The position numbers were made by a program, and so were the translations under genes. 59,359 bases of DNA, taken from positions 1-59,359 of IMG/VR virus record IMGVR_UViG_3300020171_000031. The stretch is one strand, 5' to 3'. The stretch is from a virus (taxonomy: Duplodnaviria > Caudoviricetes). Under the pieces are notes generated by a model. It ran no database searches. It saw nothing but the letters and a program-made list of their open reading frames with translations, and had not been told where the DNA came from. Positions within the stretch are counted from its first letter, which is position 1. Every line of letters starts with the position of its first letter. Below are positions 18,966-27,694 of this stretch, piece by piece.

Positions 18966-19189
18966 TAACCGCGCCGGCCGGGAGAGGCTGCTGGCATTGC
19001 GAGGGCGTCCCGGTCGAGTGGGTTCAAGCGCCGGCCGGAAGGGTGGGGCTCTGCCTGGAGTGCGTGCTGCGCTGGTTCCCCCAGTGGACCGTCCACGAGT
19101 GGGAGATTCGGCACGCGCCGGAGGCGGACCACCTGGGAGTTCGTTTGGCAAGGCATGCGCGTCCAAATGGCGCAAGGAAGGTAGTATGA
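18962..19189 (+). CDS. Small zinc-finger protein
   Basis: CWHC...CLEC; GTGA/ATGA coupling on both sides. Confidence 0.6.
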   Translation: MITAPAGRGCWHCEGVPVEWVQAPAGRVGLCLECVLRWFPQWTVHEWEIRHAPEADHLGVRLARHARPNGARKVV

Positions 19190-20292
19190 GAGTAGCTATC
19201 GTCAATTCCAGCCGCGTTTACAACCTGGCCGTGGAGAAGATAGCGCAGTACCATCGGCTGTGTGGAGACGAGGTCGCGGTCTCGCGGGGCATCGTAGGGA
19301 AGACGGGCGAGCCGCGGCAGCGCAAACACGGCCATCGCCACCCGGGTAGCTATGACCTGTTCGGCCTGGACGCCGAGCGGGCCTACTTCTCCGCCATCTT
19401 TACCTGGGACCTGCCCTCCCTGGTGGAGCAGGCCAGTCTGGCGAACGAAAGGGGAGTGGAGGTGGAGGTGGGAGGCCCCGCCGTCACGATTATGCGCGAG
19501 TGGGTGATGGACCGCCTCCCGTGGGCCAAGCTGCGCATCGGCCTGGACGACCGCTTTGAGTCGGTCCCGGGGCCGTACAAGTTGACCTTCACGAGTAGGG
19601 GCTGTCCGCACACGTGCCCCTGGTGCGTCGTGCCCGAGTTGGAGGGGCAGCCTAACTTGCCGCCGTGGTTCGTGCCGGCGCCCATTGTGGGAGACAACAA
19701 CATTCTCGCCACTCCTTGGGAACACCAGGTCCGGGCGGTCGAGACACTTTCCCAAGGGGCGACCATCGCGGGCGTTTCCTACCCGCCACCTAGGCGCGTG
19801 GATATCAACAGCGGCTTCGACGCGCGGTTCTTTGCGGCCCGTCCCAACGAGGTGTATCAGCTCTACTCGCAGCTACCCCTGCTGTTCTGGCGCTTGGCGT
19901 TCGACTCCATGCCGGTGGAGCGGGAAGTGGAGGAGAGCATCCGGTTTCTCCGCGCTGCCTCGCCCCAGATTACCCACCGGCAGGTCATCGTGTACGTCCT
20001 GTACGGGTTCAACGATATGCCCGAAGAGGCGCTGTACCGGGCGCAGAAGGTGATTGAGTGGGGCGCTAGCCCGTACCTGATGCGATTTTTGCCCCTTAAC
20101 AGGCCCGACCGGACGTTCGTGAACGTGGCGCGGGGGTGGACCGCGGAGCTGCTGCTGCGGTTCCAACTCTATTTTAATTCTCCGCATGTGTGGCGGAGCA
20201 CCAGGTGGGAGGAGTTCAGCGTAGCAAAGCACGCAGAGATGAAAAGGGAGGTGCAATCCTTTGCCTCCACTCCGCTCATGGAATCTGATTAG
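19186..20292 (+). CDS. Radical SAM protein
   Basis: TSRGCPHTCPWC (CxxxCxxC), GGP, DNN motifs. Confidence 0.9.
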   Translation: MRVAIVNSSRVYNLAVEKIAQYHRLCGDEVAVSRGIVGKTGEPRQRKHGHRHPGSYDLFGLDAERAYFSAIFTWDLPSLVEQASLANERGVEVEVGGPAVTIMREWVMDRLPWAKLRIGLDDRFESVPGPYKLTFTSRGCPHTCPWCVVPELEGQPNLPPWFVPAPIVGDNNILATPWEHQVRAVETLSQGATIAGVSYPPPRRVDINSGFDARFFAARPNEVYQLYSQLPLLFWRLAFDSMPVEREVEESIRFLRAASPQITHRQVIVYVLYGFNDMPEEALYRAQKVIEWGASPYLMRFLPLNRPDRTFVNVARGWTAELLLRFQLYFNSPHVWRSTRWEEFSVAKHAEMKREVQSFASTPLMESD

Positions 20293-20578
20293 ATGGCGCG
20301 AGATAGCGCGGGTTCAGTGGAGCGCGGTGCGAGCCGACGCGGAGGCGCAACTCGCCTCCCTGCCTGAGATGGACTGGCGCCACCATGCGCAACAGGTGCG
20401 GCTGGACTACGCCCTGGCCCTGCTGGCCGAGCTGGCGCCGTGTCCACATGGTTGGAAGAACGTGGCGGATATAGGTGACGTAGTGCTCCAGGAGTGTCTT
20501 TTCTGCGGCGAAGCCCGCGCGGTCAACCCGCAGACGGGAGAGGTGGCAGCCGTCGAGAGGGAAGGAGGTGTTGCATAG
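20261..20578 (+). CDS. Hypothetical protein
   Basis: ORF in operon; CPH...CLFC. Confidence 0.5.
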   Translation: MPPLRSWNLIRWREIARVQWSAVRADAEAQLASLPEMDWRHHAQQVRLDYALALLAELAPCPHGWKNVADIGDVVLQECLFCGEARAVNPQTGEVAAVEREGGVA

Positions 20579-21261
20579 CTAAGTACGCGGAGGGTACAGA
20601 AGTCCCCATTGGGCGCTCGCGCGACGAGATAGAACGCACCCTGACCCGTTTCGGCGCGACCGCGCAGGCGTGGATGCGGGACGACGAGAAGGGGGTGGTG
20701 ACGGTGGCGTTCAAGCGAGGCGGCCGTACCTACCGCTTCACCATCCCACCCCCCCCGCCTCTGTCCGAGTTCATGGAGACTCCAACCAAGCGCTGGACCC
20801 GCACAGAGGCACAGGCCGCGGCAGCCCGGGATGCGGAGGTGCGCCGCCGATTCAGGAGCCTGGCCAACTACGTCAAGGCGGTGCTGGACGCAGTCGAGAC
20901 CGGCATCATCAAGGCCGACGAGGCGCTGTTGCCGTACCTCCTCCTGCCCGAGGGGGACACGGTGTACCAGAGGGCGAGCCGCCAGCTCGAGAAAGGCGTA
21001 GAGGTGAGCCTGGCGCGGGCCCTCATGGCAGGGGAGAGGTGGATACCCGAGTTCCCGAACGAGGTCAACTCCAACCCCGTGGTGGCCATCGACCTGCACA
21101 TGCGGGACGGCGTAGTTCTCCGGTTCCTGATGCCCGACGTCCAGCAGTCGCGGGTGATGGTGGCCATCGGCAAGCTCCTGGCCGACCTGGACGTGCCCCT
21201 GGACATCGACCTGCCCACCCTCCCACCCTCTCTCCGTCCCGTGTCGCCGGACGTATCGTGA
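20575..21261 (+). CDS. Conserved phage protein (YAEGTEV..RSRDEIERTL type)
   Basis: Motif recognised from phage proteins; strong AAGGAGG RBS points to an ATA start. Confidence 0.65.
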   Translation: MAKYAEGTEVPIGRSRDEIERTLTRFGATAQAWMRDDEKGVVTVAFKRGGRTYRFTIPPPPPLSEFMETPTKRWTRTEAQAAAARDAEVRRRFRSLANYVKAVLDAVETGIIKADEALLPYLLLPEGDTVYQRASRQLEKGVEVSLARALMAGERWIPEFPNEVNSNPVVAIDLHMRDGVVLRFLMPDVQQSRVMVAIGKLLADLDVPLDIDLPTLPPSLRPVSPDVS

Positions 21262-21704
21262 CGCAGGTTAGAACCGAGGCTGATAGGGCGCGCGAGTACG
21301 CCGGCTTCAGCCCTGGGGTATGGGTCCGGCAGCCCGAGGCCATCAGGCAGGAGTGCATCCGGCGCTACCGGGCGCACCAGGCGGAGGTGGCCCGGAGGGC
21401 CGCGTTGACGCCAGACCAGAGGGCGCGGGAGGACGCGGGCGCCATGGAGCGAGTGGAGGTGTTGTATGGCAACGGAGCGAAAGGGAGGTGCATGGTGAGC
21501 ATCAAGCAGGGTGATACGGTGCGACTCAACAAGGGCACCCTACCCATCCAGCTATCTGATATCTTCGGGGAGCAGACCTTCACGCTCGTCGGCACGGTTC
21601 GGACGGTGGTGGACAACATAGTGGCCGTGGAGTGGCCGCGCCCCTTCGACCAGGCGACGTACCTGGAGGCCGAACACCTGACGCTGGCAGAGAAGTGCCG
21701 GTAA
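21258..21704 (+). CDS. Hypothetical protein, C-terminal SH3/KOW-like
   Basis: GTGA overlap; IKQGDTVRL...GTV..V. Confidence 0.5.
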   Translation: MTQVRTEADRAREYAGFSPGVWVRQPEAIRQECIRRYRAHQAEVARRAALTPDQRAREDAGAMERVEVLYGNGAKGRCMVSIKQGDTVRLNKGTLPIQLSDIFGEQTFTLVGTVRTVVDNIVAVEWPRPFDQATYLEAEHLTLAEKCR

Positions 21705-22066
21705 TCTGTCAGGGACCCGACTGGAAGCCGCGTCGCTCTAGCAAGGAGCCGGGGACGTGTGGGGCGTGCGGCAAGCCGCTAGAGGGGCGCAACCTGTGGT
21801 TCTGCCCGTCTGCGCCCGGGACCTACTACGACGTGGGGAAGAGTTGCAGGGCCAACTACGCTGCCAACCACTTCTGGAGCGAATCAACCGCGCGAGGGGG
21901 ATTCATGCCAAGCATTGACGCGTCCGGCTGGCCGAGCTTCAAGGTGAAATTCGTCTGTAGGATTAAGGGCTGCAAAAATAAGAAGCGTAACGGACGTTGC
22001 GGCCTCTCCGCTCATCACATAGTCGATGGTCGGTGTCAGGAGTTCGCGGAGAAGGCCAAGCACTGA
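21695..22066 (+). CDS. Cys-rich hypothetical protein
   Basis: CGACGKPL...FC...C. Confidence 0.5.
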   Translation: MPVICQGPDWKPRRSSKEPGTCGACGKPLEGRNLWFCPSAPGTYYDVGKSCRANYAANHFWSESTARGGFMPSIDASGWPSFKVKFVCRIKGCKNKKRNGRCGLSAHHIVDGRCQEFAEKAKH

Positions 22067-22114
22067 CCTTGCGTTATCTTGACCTTTAAGTATAATTAAA
22101 GCCAGGAGGGACTG

Positions 22115-22321
22115 ATGGCTCTTGATATACGGGCTGAACACATAGAGCGCCTAGCGAAAGCAGAGGCCGCCTATCAGTTAGCGCATAGCGCGTGGCGGGC
22201 GGCGGACTGGGACCTGGGGGAGACAGGGGAGACATTCGAGGCGATGAATAAGGCGTGCGAGGCCCGCGATGACGCTCAATTGAACTTGGACAAGCTAGAG
22301 AATCCAGAGTTATTTGCATGA
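22115..22321 (+). CDS. Small helical protein upstream of the recombinase
   Basis: AGGAGG RBS; TATAAT at 22091; ATGA overlap. Confidence 0.65.
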   Translation: MALDIRAEHIERLAKAEAAYQLAHSAWRAADWDLGETGETFEAMNKACEARDDAQLNLDKLENPELFA

Positions 22322-23232
22322 AGCCCGACCTGGCCCGGTTTACCCAGTGGATGCGCTTCCCACCCGACGTGGACATGCTCGGGAGGACGGTTCGTGCCAA
22401 GGGCGAGGGGACGATCAAGCAGTACCTCTACACCGCCGGGCGCTATGCGGAGTTTCTCGCAGGCCGAGACATGAGCACGGAAACGACCCGCGAGTGGATA
22501 GACGGGCTTACTGGAAATAGCGCCAGGAGCAAGGCGCACCACATCGAGGCGCTGAAGGCCCTCTTCTTCGCCCATGACATGCGGCTCGGTCTGGGCAAGC
22601 CCAAGTTTACCGAGAGCCTGCCGCGGGTGCTGAGTGAGGACGAGCTGACGCGGCTCATCGCGGATGCCAGGGAGCGGACCCGCAGCACGGACATAGGCGC
22701 CTACGGGCTGGAGCGAGCCGCCTGGCGCTACGTCCTCGTGATGGTCTTCTTCGGCTCTGGGGTGCGGAAGGACGAGGGGCGCAAACTCCGGGTGGAGGAT
22801 GTGGTCCGAGATGGCAACGAGGGGACGATTCACGTGCGTGAGGGCAAGGGTGGCGATGACAGGTACATCGCGGTCGAGGGGGAAGTGGTTGATGCGGTAG
22901 ATGACTGGCTGGCGATCCGCCGCATCAAGTCCCCCTGGATATTCGCCGGCCGCGATGCCTCCAAGCCCGCGAGCCGTCATCCCATCGAGGTGGGCCTCAC
23001 CCAGGCGTGCCGGTACGTGGGTATCCGGGACTTCCACGTCCACATGGCGCGCCACTCGTATGCGACCGCCCTGGCGAGGGGCGACGCCGACGCCGAGGCC
23101 ATCCGGGTCCAGCTAGGCCACAAGTCCGTGACCACGACGCAGAAGTACCTGCACCTAACGCTGTCGGAGCGTCGGGGGCACCTCCCGTCGGTAGTGGGGA
23201 CCACGCGCCCGAAGCAGCTTAAGGAGAAGTAA
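22318..23232 (+). CDS. Tyrosine recombinase (XerC/D-like)
   Basis: SGVRKDE, GKG, HMARHSYAT, LGH, TTQKY catalytic set. Confidence 0.95.
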   Translation: MKPDLARFTQWMRFPPDVDMLGRTVRAKGEGTIKQYLYTAGRYAEFLAGRDMSTETTREWIDGLTGNSARSKAHHIEALKALFFAHDMRLGLGKPKFTESLPRVLSEDELTRLIADARERTRSTDIGAYGLERAAWRYVLVMVFFGSGVRKDEGRKLRVEDVVRDGNEGTIHVREGKGGDDRYIAVEGEVVDAVDDWLAIRRIKSPWIFAGRDASKPASRHPIEVGLTQACRYVGIRDFHVHMARHSYATALARGDADAEAIRVQLGHKSVTTTQKYLHLTLSERRGHLPSVVGTTRPKQLKEK

Positions 23233-23386
23233 ATGACCCACTTGGTGACCGTCTATTATCGCAACCGCTGTGGCGCTTGTGACGCTCTGTGCCACCTTGG
23301 GGAGCTTCAAGGGGCTTGGGGATGAGGACCTGATTACCGATGCCGCAGAGCGCAAAGCCCTCGGTTTGCCCAGGAAGGCGGACTAG

Positions 23387-23704
23387 ATGGAAAAGCTGCC
23401 GAGCGAACAACAGGCCCTTCGGGACGCTGGGTTCAGGCCAGTCGTGCGGGATGGAGTGCGGGGCTTGGAGCACGAGAAGCAGGCCGTGTTCATTCCTGCG
23501 CGCCAACCGGAAGCCCACGAGCAAGCTACTCTCGTCTGCACTCGCACCAGCTCACCGGCCTACGTTGCGGGCATGCAGGTGGTGGGGGTATGTGGGCGCT
23601 GCGGGGAGAGCGTCAAGGCGGCCCCGTCGGGCCAGGCGCAGTTGGCCCAGACCCCGTTGCTGCTGCTATGCCTGGAATGCTGGCTGAACGAGGTGAAAGT
23701 ATGA
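23387..23704 (+). CDS. Zinc-finger protein
   Basis: CGRC...CLEC. Confidence 0.55.
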   Translation: MEKLPSEQQALRDAGFRPVVRDGVRGLEHEKQAVFIPARQPEAHEQATLVCTRTSSPAYVAGMQVVGVCGRCGESVKAAPSGQAQLAQTPLLLLCLECWLNEVKV

Positions 23705-24114
23705 GCGGCGTCTTCGTGTCCGATGGCCACGGCCTCCTGACGGTGCGTTGCACCTCGCAGGCTCCTATTGGGGAGGAGAAGGACCAGAACGGCATCTGCG
23801 AGACGTGCCCATGGCACCATGACGAGAGGCGCGCGCGGATGCCTCTCTACTGTGACATGCCCGGCAATCAACCGATCCCTGAGAGGAGAGATGTGGAGGA
23901 GCCAACAGAACCTACCTGCCCAGCCGCCAAAGAGTATACTTTGACCATCGCACCGGCCTTTGAGAAGTGGATACAGCACTTGGCAGGGTGCTGGGCATGC
24001 AAGCAGTGGATGATGTCTAACCTCCCCGCATTTCGCGCGAGCCTGGACGTTCCCGCAGAGGTCATCGAACGCGCGCTGGATGAGCTTGCCGATTCCGAAG
24101 GCCAGAGCCCGTAG
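23701..24114 (+). CDS. Cys-rich hypothetical protein
   Basis: GAGGTG RBS, ATGA overlap; HLAGCWAC. Confidence 0.55.
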   Translation: MSGVFVSDGHGLLTVRCTSQAPIGEEKDQNGICETCPWHHDERRARMPLYCDMPGNQPIPERRDVEEPTEPTCPAAKEYTLTIAPAFEKWIQHLAGCWACKQWMMSNLPAFRASLDVPAEVIERALDELADSEGQSP

Positions 24115-24117
24115 GCG

Positions 24118-25572
24118 ATGCCAGTTCGCGTCAACGCCAAGGGCCCGGCAGAGTTCGTCCGCGACCACCTGGGCGCGGGGACGGACTACGTGGGGTCATG
24201 CTTCAAGGCGTACAAGCTCTACCTGCGCCAGCATGGCTACCGCCGTAACATGCCGGGCCGTGAGAGCTTCTCCCGCCTCTTCTGGCAACTGCGGCTGCTG
24301 GGCGCCATCCAACTCGTCCGCGAAGAGCCCATCGGGACCAGCCCCTCCGCGCTGGCGTGGGCTGGCGGCGGCCTCCTGGGCGTGGATGGGCTGAACAAGC
24401 CCTCGCCCCGCCGCTTCTATCGAGTGGCCAACGCACAGCACGCGGCGTGGCGCTCGCCGGAGAAGGCCTATCGGGAGGCCCGTGGCCTGGGCCTCATCAT
24501 CAGGCGGAAGGAGCCGAAGCCCCCGAAGCCTCCAAAGAGAGAGAGGGTAATCAAGCCGTTGGAGGAGGGACTGCGAGAGCTGCGGGAGAAGCGCGATGCG
24601 GAGCGCAAGGCGGCTGCACCAGCTCCTATCGCGCCAGAGGAACCAGTACCCCCCCCGAAAGTGGTAGCACCCCCCAAGCGGAGGGGTAGGCCCCCCAAGG
24701 CCAAGCCCATCGAGGTCAAGGCTGAGGAACAGGTGCCGAAGGCGAAGCGCGGGAGGCCTGCTCTCCGTCCCGTTACGACTTACGCACCCGGTAGCCCCGA
24801 GGCCCTCAAGATGGAGGAGCAGCGCAAGGCGGCAGCCGCGGCCAAGGCTGTGCCGGCTGCACCTGGCAGGATGACGTTTGAGCCGATGAGTCCCCTTGCC
24901 GCCCAGCCTGGCCCCAAGAGCGTCTCGGTACTCATTAGCCATCTGACCGGGCTGCGCACCCTCCCGCCCAACACCCCGGGACTGGCAGACGAGGTGGCAA
25001 AGGTCGCCCTGGGAATGAGGGCCTGGGTGGACCGCCTGGACACCATATCGGAGTACCTGAAGAAAGAGGCTGACCCCGAGAAAGCTGACCAGCTGCCCAA
25101 GCTCCAGTACATGAGCGACATCTCCCTGAAAGCCGCGGACGCGCTCGAAGGACGCGACCTGGCTGCGGCGATTTACGCGCTGGACGAGATGTACCCGACG
25201 CCGGACATCCTGGAGCGGCAGGCGAACGAGTTCCTGCCGGAGATTCTCCTGTTCATGGCCACGCCCGACAGCGTGGTCCGAGACGTCCGCCGGCGCGGGG
25301 CCGAAGAAGAACCGCTTCGCCAGGTGGGTCGCGGCGAGGTGCTGCGTAAGCTGGAGGACCTTGAGGAGCGTCTGCGCTTGCACTATGACCGCGTGCTGGA
25401 CGCGATAGGCATGCGCAGCAATGCGCCCAACCTGCGCCGCCTGGAGAAGTTGGCGAAGGCGCTGGAAGACACGGAGGCGGCCCTGCCGGAGGTCGTGAAC
25501 GCGCTTCAGGCGGGCGACCCCGAGCGGTATCGCCGGGCCCTCCAGGCCCTAAGCCAATGTTGCAGGTGGTGA
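24118..25572 (+). CDS. DNA-binding protein: winged-helix-like N-terminus, AT-hooks, helical C-terminus
   Basis: SFSRLFWQLRLLGAIQLV..PRRFYR; KRRGRPPK and KRGRP. Confidence 0.65.
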   Translation: MPVRVNAKGPAEFVRDHLGAGTDYVGSCFKAYKLYLRQHGYRRNMPGRESFSRLFWQLRLLGAIQLVREEPIGTSPSALAWAGGGLLGVDGLNKPSPRRFYRVANAQHAAWRSPEKAYREARGLGLIIRRKEPKPPKPPKRERVIKPLEEGLRELREKRDAERKAAAPAPIAPEEPVPPPKVVAPPKRRGRPPKAKPIEVKAEEQVPKAKRGRPALRPVTTYAPGSPEALKMEEQRKAAAAAKAVPAAPGRMTFEPMSPLAAQPGPKSVSVLISHLTGLRTLPPNTPGLADEVAKVALGMRAWVDRLDTISEYLKKEADPEKADQLPKLQYMSDISLKAADALEGRDLAAAIYALDEMYPTPDILERQANEFLPEILLFMATPDSVVRDVRRRGAEEEPLRQVGRGEVLRKLEDLEERLRLHYDRVLDAIGMRSNAPNLRRLEKLAKALEDTEAALPEVVNALQAGDPERYRRALQALSQCCRW

Positions 25573-25580
25573 GGAGTGAA

Positions 25581-25817
25581 ATGATAGAGTTAAGCGTGGA
25601 AGCTGTGGACCGATCATTCAAGCGGCTGGAGGCCCGCAACAAGCGGCTGGAGGCCTGCAACGCCTCCCTGCTGGCCGCGCTGGAGGAGGCTGTCTATCGC
25701 ATGTCGTTTGACTCTGATGCGCTCGGTAGGACGAGCACACGCGAATTGACTCAGGCCCGCGCCGCGATAGCCAAGGCCAAGGGCCAGGTGGTGGCGAGGA
25801 GAGCAGAAGATGGCTAG
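25581..25817 (+). CDS. Small coiled-coil phage protein
   Basis: GAGGAG RBS; LLAALE...ARAAIAKAKG. Confidence 0.6.
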   Translation: MIELSVEAVDRSFKRLEARNKRLEACNASLLAALEEAVYRMSFDSDALGRTSTRELTQARAAIAKAKGQVVARRAEDG

Positions 25818-25971
25818 GAAGCGCAAGACCCTGGAGGAGGCGGCCCAAGAGCGCCTGGAGGCCGAGAGGGAGCTGGCCGAGCGGAATGAGCGGTGGGACC
25901 GGTTGATGGAGGACCAGCGGCGCGCAAAGGCGTTGAGAGACGGCCCTGCCCCCGACGCTAATCGCAACTAG
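25810..25971 (+). CDS. Small charged protein (53 aa)
   Basis: GAGGAG RBS; MARKRKTLEEAAQ. Confidence 0.5.
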   Translation: MARKRKTLEEAAQERLEAERELAERNERWDRLMEDQRRAKALRDGPAPDANRN

Positions 25972-25984
25972 CGCATCTGGTATA

Positions 25985-26194
25985 ATGGCCCCAGGAGGCG
26001 CCGTGACGAAGCACATCGAAGTAGGCGGAACAACTTTCGTAGGTGGGGACCTTACGAGTCAAGAGAAAGCCCTCGTGCTTGGGCAAGTGGACAGCATCTT
26101 TGAAAGGGCATCGCCAGACCTAAAGGTAGCTATTGAAGCGAGCAAGCAGTCCATCCTTGACGCGGTTGCCGTAGTGAAACACCTCCATGCCTAG
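25985..26194 (+). CDS. Hypothetical protein (start may be GTG 26003)
   Basis: AGGAGG RBS; TATAAT upstream. Confidence 0.55.
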   Translation: MAPGGAVTKHIEVGGTTFVGGDLTSQEKALVLGQVDSIFERASPDLKVAIEASKQSILDAVAVVKHLHA

Positions 26195-26486
26195 CATCAC
26201 GTGTCTGGCCCCACTCGTTCGGGACATCCTCCTGGAAGCCCTCGAGGAGAATGACGCGCCCTCCCGCGTGCTGACGAAGCTGCGCACCGTCCCCGATTGC
26301 CCTAGTGAGGAGCTGGTGGGCTTTGGCCGGGCCAAAGGGGTGAAAGGCGTCGCCAGGAAGCCGAACGCGCGGGCCCAGTGGATAGGGGCGTGCATCAAAA
26401 CGGAGTACGCGCGGCAGAAGCAGCCGGTGCCCCAGCTGATGCGCGAGTGCTCCGCCCGGTGGCGGCAGCAGAAAGCACCCTCATGA
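26187..26486 (+). CDS. Small basic protein with HMG-box-like C-terminus
   Basis: RKPNARAQWIGACIK...MRECSARWRQQK. Confidence 0.6.
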   Translation: MPSITCLAPLVRDILLEALEENDAPSRVLTKLRTVPDCPSEELVGFGRAKGVKGVARKPNARAQWIGACIKTEYARQKQPVPQLMRECSARWRQQKAPS

Positions 26487-26511
26487 AGGAAACTAGAGTG
26501 AGAGGAGTTCC

Positions 26512-26904
26512 ATGGACATCTCGATAGCTGTCAACAATCTAATCCAGAGCTACCCGTTCGTGGCCCTGACCGTTCTCCTCTTGGCCAACGTGGTCCTGGG
26601 TGCCCTGAACGCCCTCCGACCCGATCCGGACGGCGTGCGTAGGTTCACAGCCCTGGAGCTCACGGACATCTGCAAGAAGGTGGTGCCATTCATCGGCACC
26701 TACTTCGCCCTGGGCACCGGTGGGGAGGTATTGCAGAATGGCTATGGCGAGCTGTTGAAGGCCGTGGGAGCTGTTCTACCTGGTATCGCCTTCGCTCTAG
26801 GCACCCTGAAGAACGCTCTGGGTCTGGTAAACATCCAGGTTCCGTCTTGGCTTGTGTGGCTCTACCCACAGAAAGTCGCAGTGCGCGGCCCGAATATGGG
26901 GTAG
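26512..26904 (+). CDS. Holin-like multi-TM membrane protein
   Basis: GAGGAG RBS; three hydrophobic segments. Confidence 0.6.
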   Translation: MDISIAVNNLIQSYPFVALTVLLLANVVLGALNALRPDPDGVRRFTALELTDICKKVVPFIGTYFALGTGGEVLQNGYGELLKAVGAVLPGIAFALGTLKNALGLVNIQVPSWLVWLYPQKVAVRGPNMG

Positions 26905-26919
26905 GTAGCCGCACCCCTC

Positions 26920-26948
26920 TTGACAAGCCCCTGGCCTGCGAGTATGCT
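26920..26948 (+). promoter_or_regulatory. sigma70-type promoter of a small RNA
   Basis: TTGACA-17-TATGCT. Confidence 0.7.
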
Positions 26949-26952
26949 TGAC

Positions 26953-27029
26953 CTTGCCTGGTTAGTCTGCCTTGCCAGGCCACATCTCCTTGTACCGCTC
27001 CTCTTGCCACGGGGGGGCGGTACTGTTTT
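26953..27029 (+). ncRNA. Candidate trans-acting antisense sRNA (~75 nt)
   Basis: Own promoter, 5' hairpin, unpaired cacatctcctt, intrinsic terminator; 18/19 complementary to 29424-29442. Confidence 0.65.
26992..27029 (+). terminator. Intrinsic terminator
   Basis: gtaccgctcctc...ggggggcggtac followed by tgttttt. Confidence 0.75.
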
Positions 27030-27066
27030 TAGTCACCAGCGACAGGCTTTATGAACAGTTAAAGGC

Positions 27067-27096
27067 TTGACAAAGCCCTCTCATCTAATGTAGAGT
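27067..27096 (+). promoter_or_regulatory. sigma70-type promoter upstream of the tRNA and array 1
   Basis: TTGACA-18-TAGAGT. Confidence 0.6.
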
Positions 27097-27130
27097 GGGG
27101 CTGAGGCCAGACGTGGGGCTGAGGCCTGAC
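27095..27130 (+). repeat. 18-bp tandem repeat
   Basis: gtggggctgaggccagac / gtggggctgaggcctgac. Confidence 0.9.
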
Positions 27131-27134
27131 GCGA

Positions 27135-27202
27135 TGCGGGGGCATGGTGCACTGGGGTCTCATAAGCCTCTGGGCTTGGTTCGATTCCAGGCCCCGCTAC
27201 CA
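27135..27202 (+). tRNA. tRNA-Met(CAT)-like gene with truncated D-arm
   Basis: Acceptor tgcgggg/ccccgct-A-CCA, anticodon loop ctCATaa, T-arm cttgg-ttcgatt-ccagg; only 12 nt in the D region. Confidence 0.7.
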
Positions 27203-27350
27203 AGTGAGCTGCCGAACAGTCGCCGTCCAAGACGGCGTTCGGAGAAGGAGATGGAGATATGCGTAGGGCACTCTCATGGGTCTGGGAAGCGCTGGTACGT
27301 GGCGAACAGTTGAAAGGGCTTTCCTGGGGGCCTTGGTTCCTGGTGCAGCC

Positions 27351-27692
27351 ATGACGGACCCGAAGGATGCAGCCTGTCCCCGCTGTGGAGCGGAAGCAGG
27401 TCAACCCTGTAAGACCAAGACGGGGGCGGTGGTCAACTCGCGAGGGAACGTGCATCCGGCGCGGCTCCCTTTGCCGAGCACCATTCTCACCCTCCTGAAC
27501 ACCAAGCTGGTGGACGTGTTGGAGTTCCGGCCGGCCGCCCGGGCTGGCCGGAAGGACATCCCGTGGTTGCTCCGTCGGGCCGCAGACGTGCTGGAGAGCG
27601 ACGACCGGCCCATCGAGGGGATAGAGCTCACCCTGGAGGCGGCGCCGGACGGCACCTGGGTGCTCGTGGCCCAGGTGGTGCATCCGCAGTAG
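27351..27692 (+). CDS. Zinc-finger protein directly upstream of array 1
   Basis: CPRCGA..GQPC...HPAR. Confidence 0.7.
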   Translation: MTDPKDAACPRCGAEAGQPCKTKTGAVVNSRGNVHPARLPLPSTILTLLNTKLVDVLEFRPAARAGRKDIPWLLRRAADVLESDDRPIEGIELTLEAAPDGTWVLVAQVVHPQ

Positions 27693-27694
27693 AG

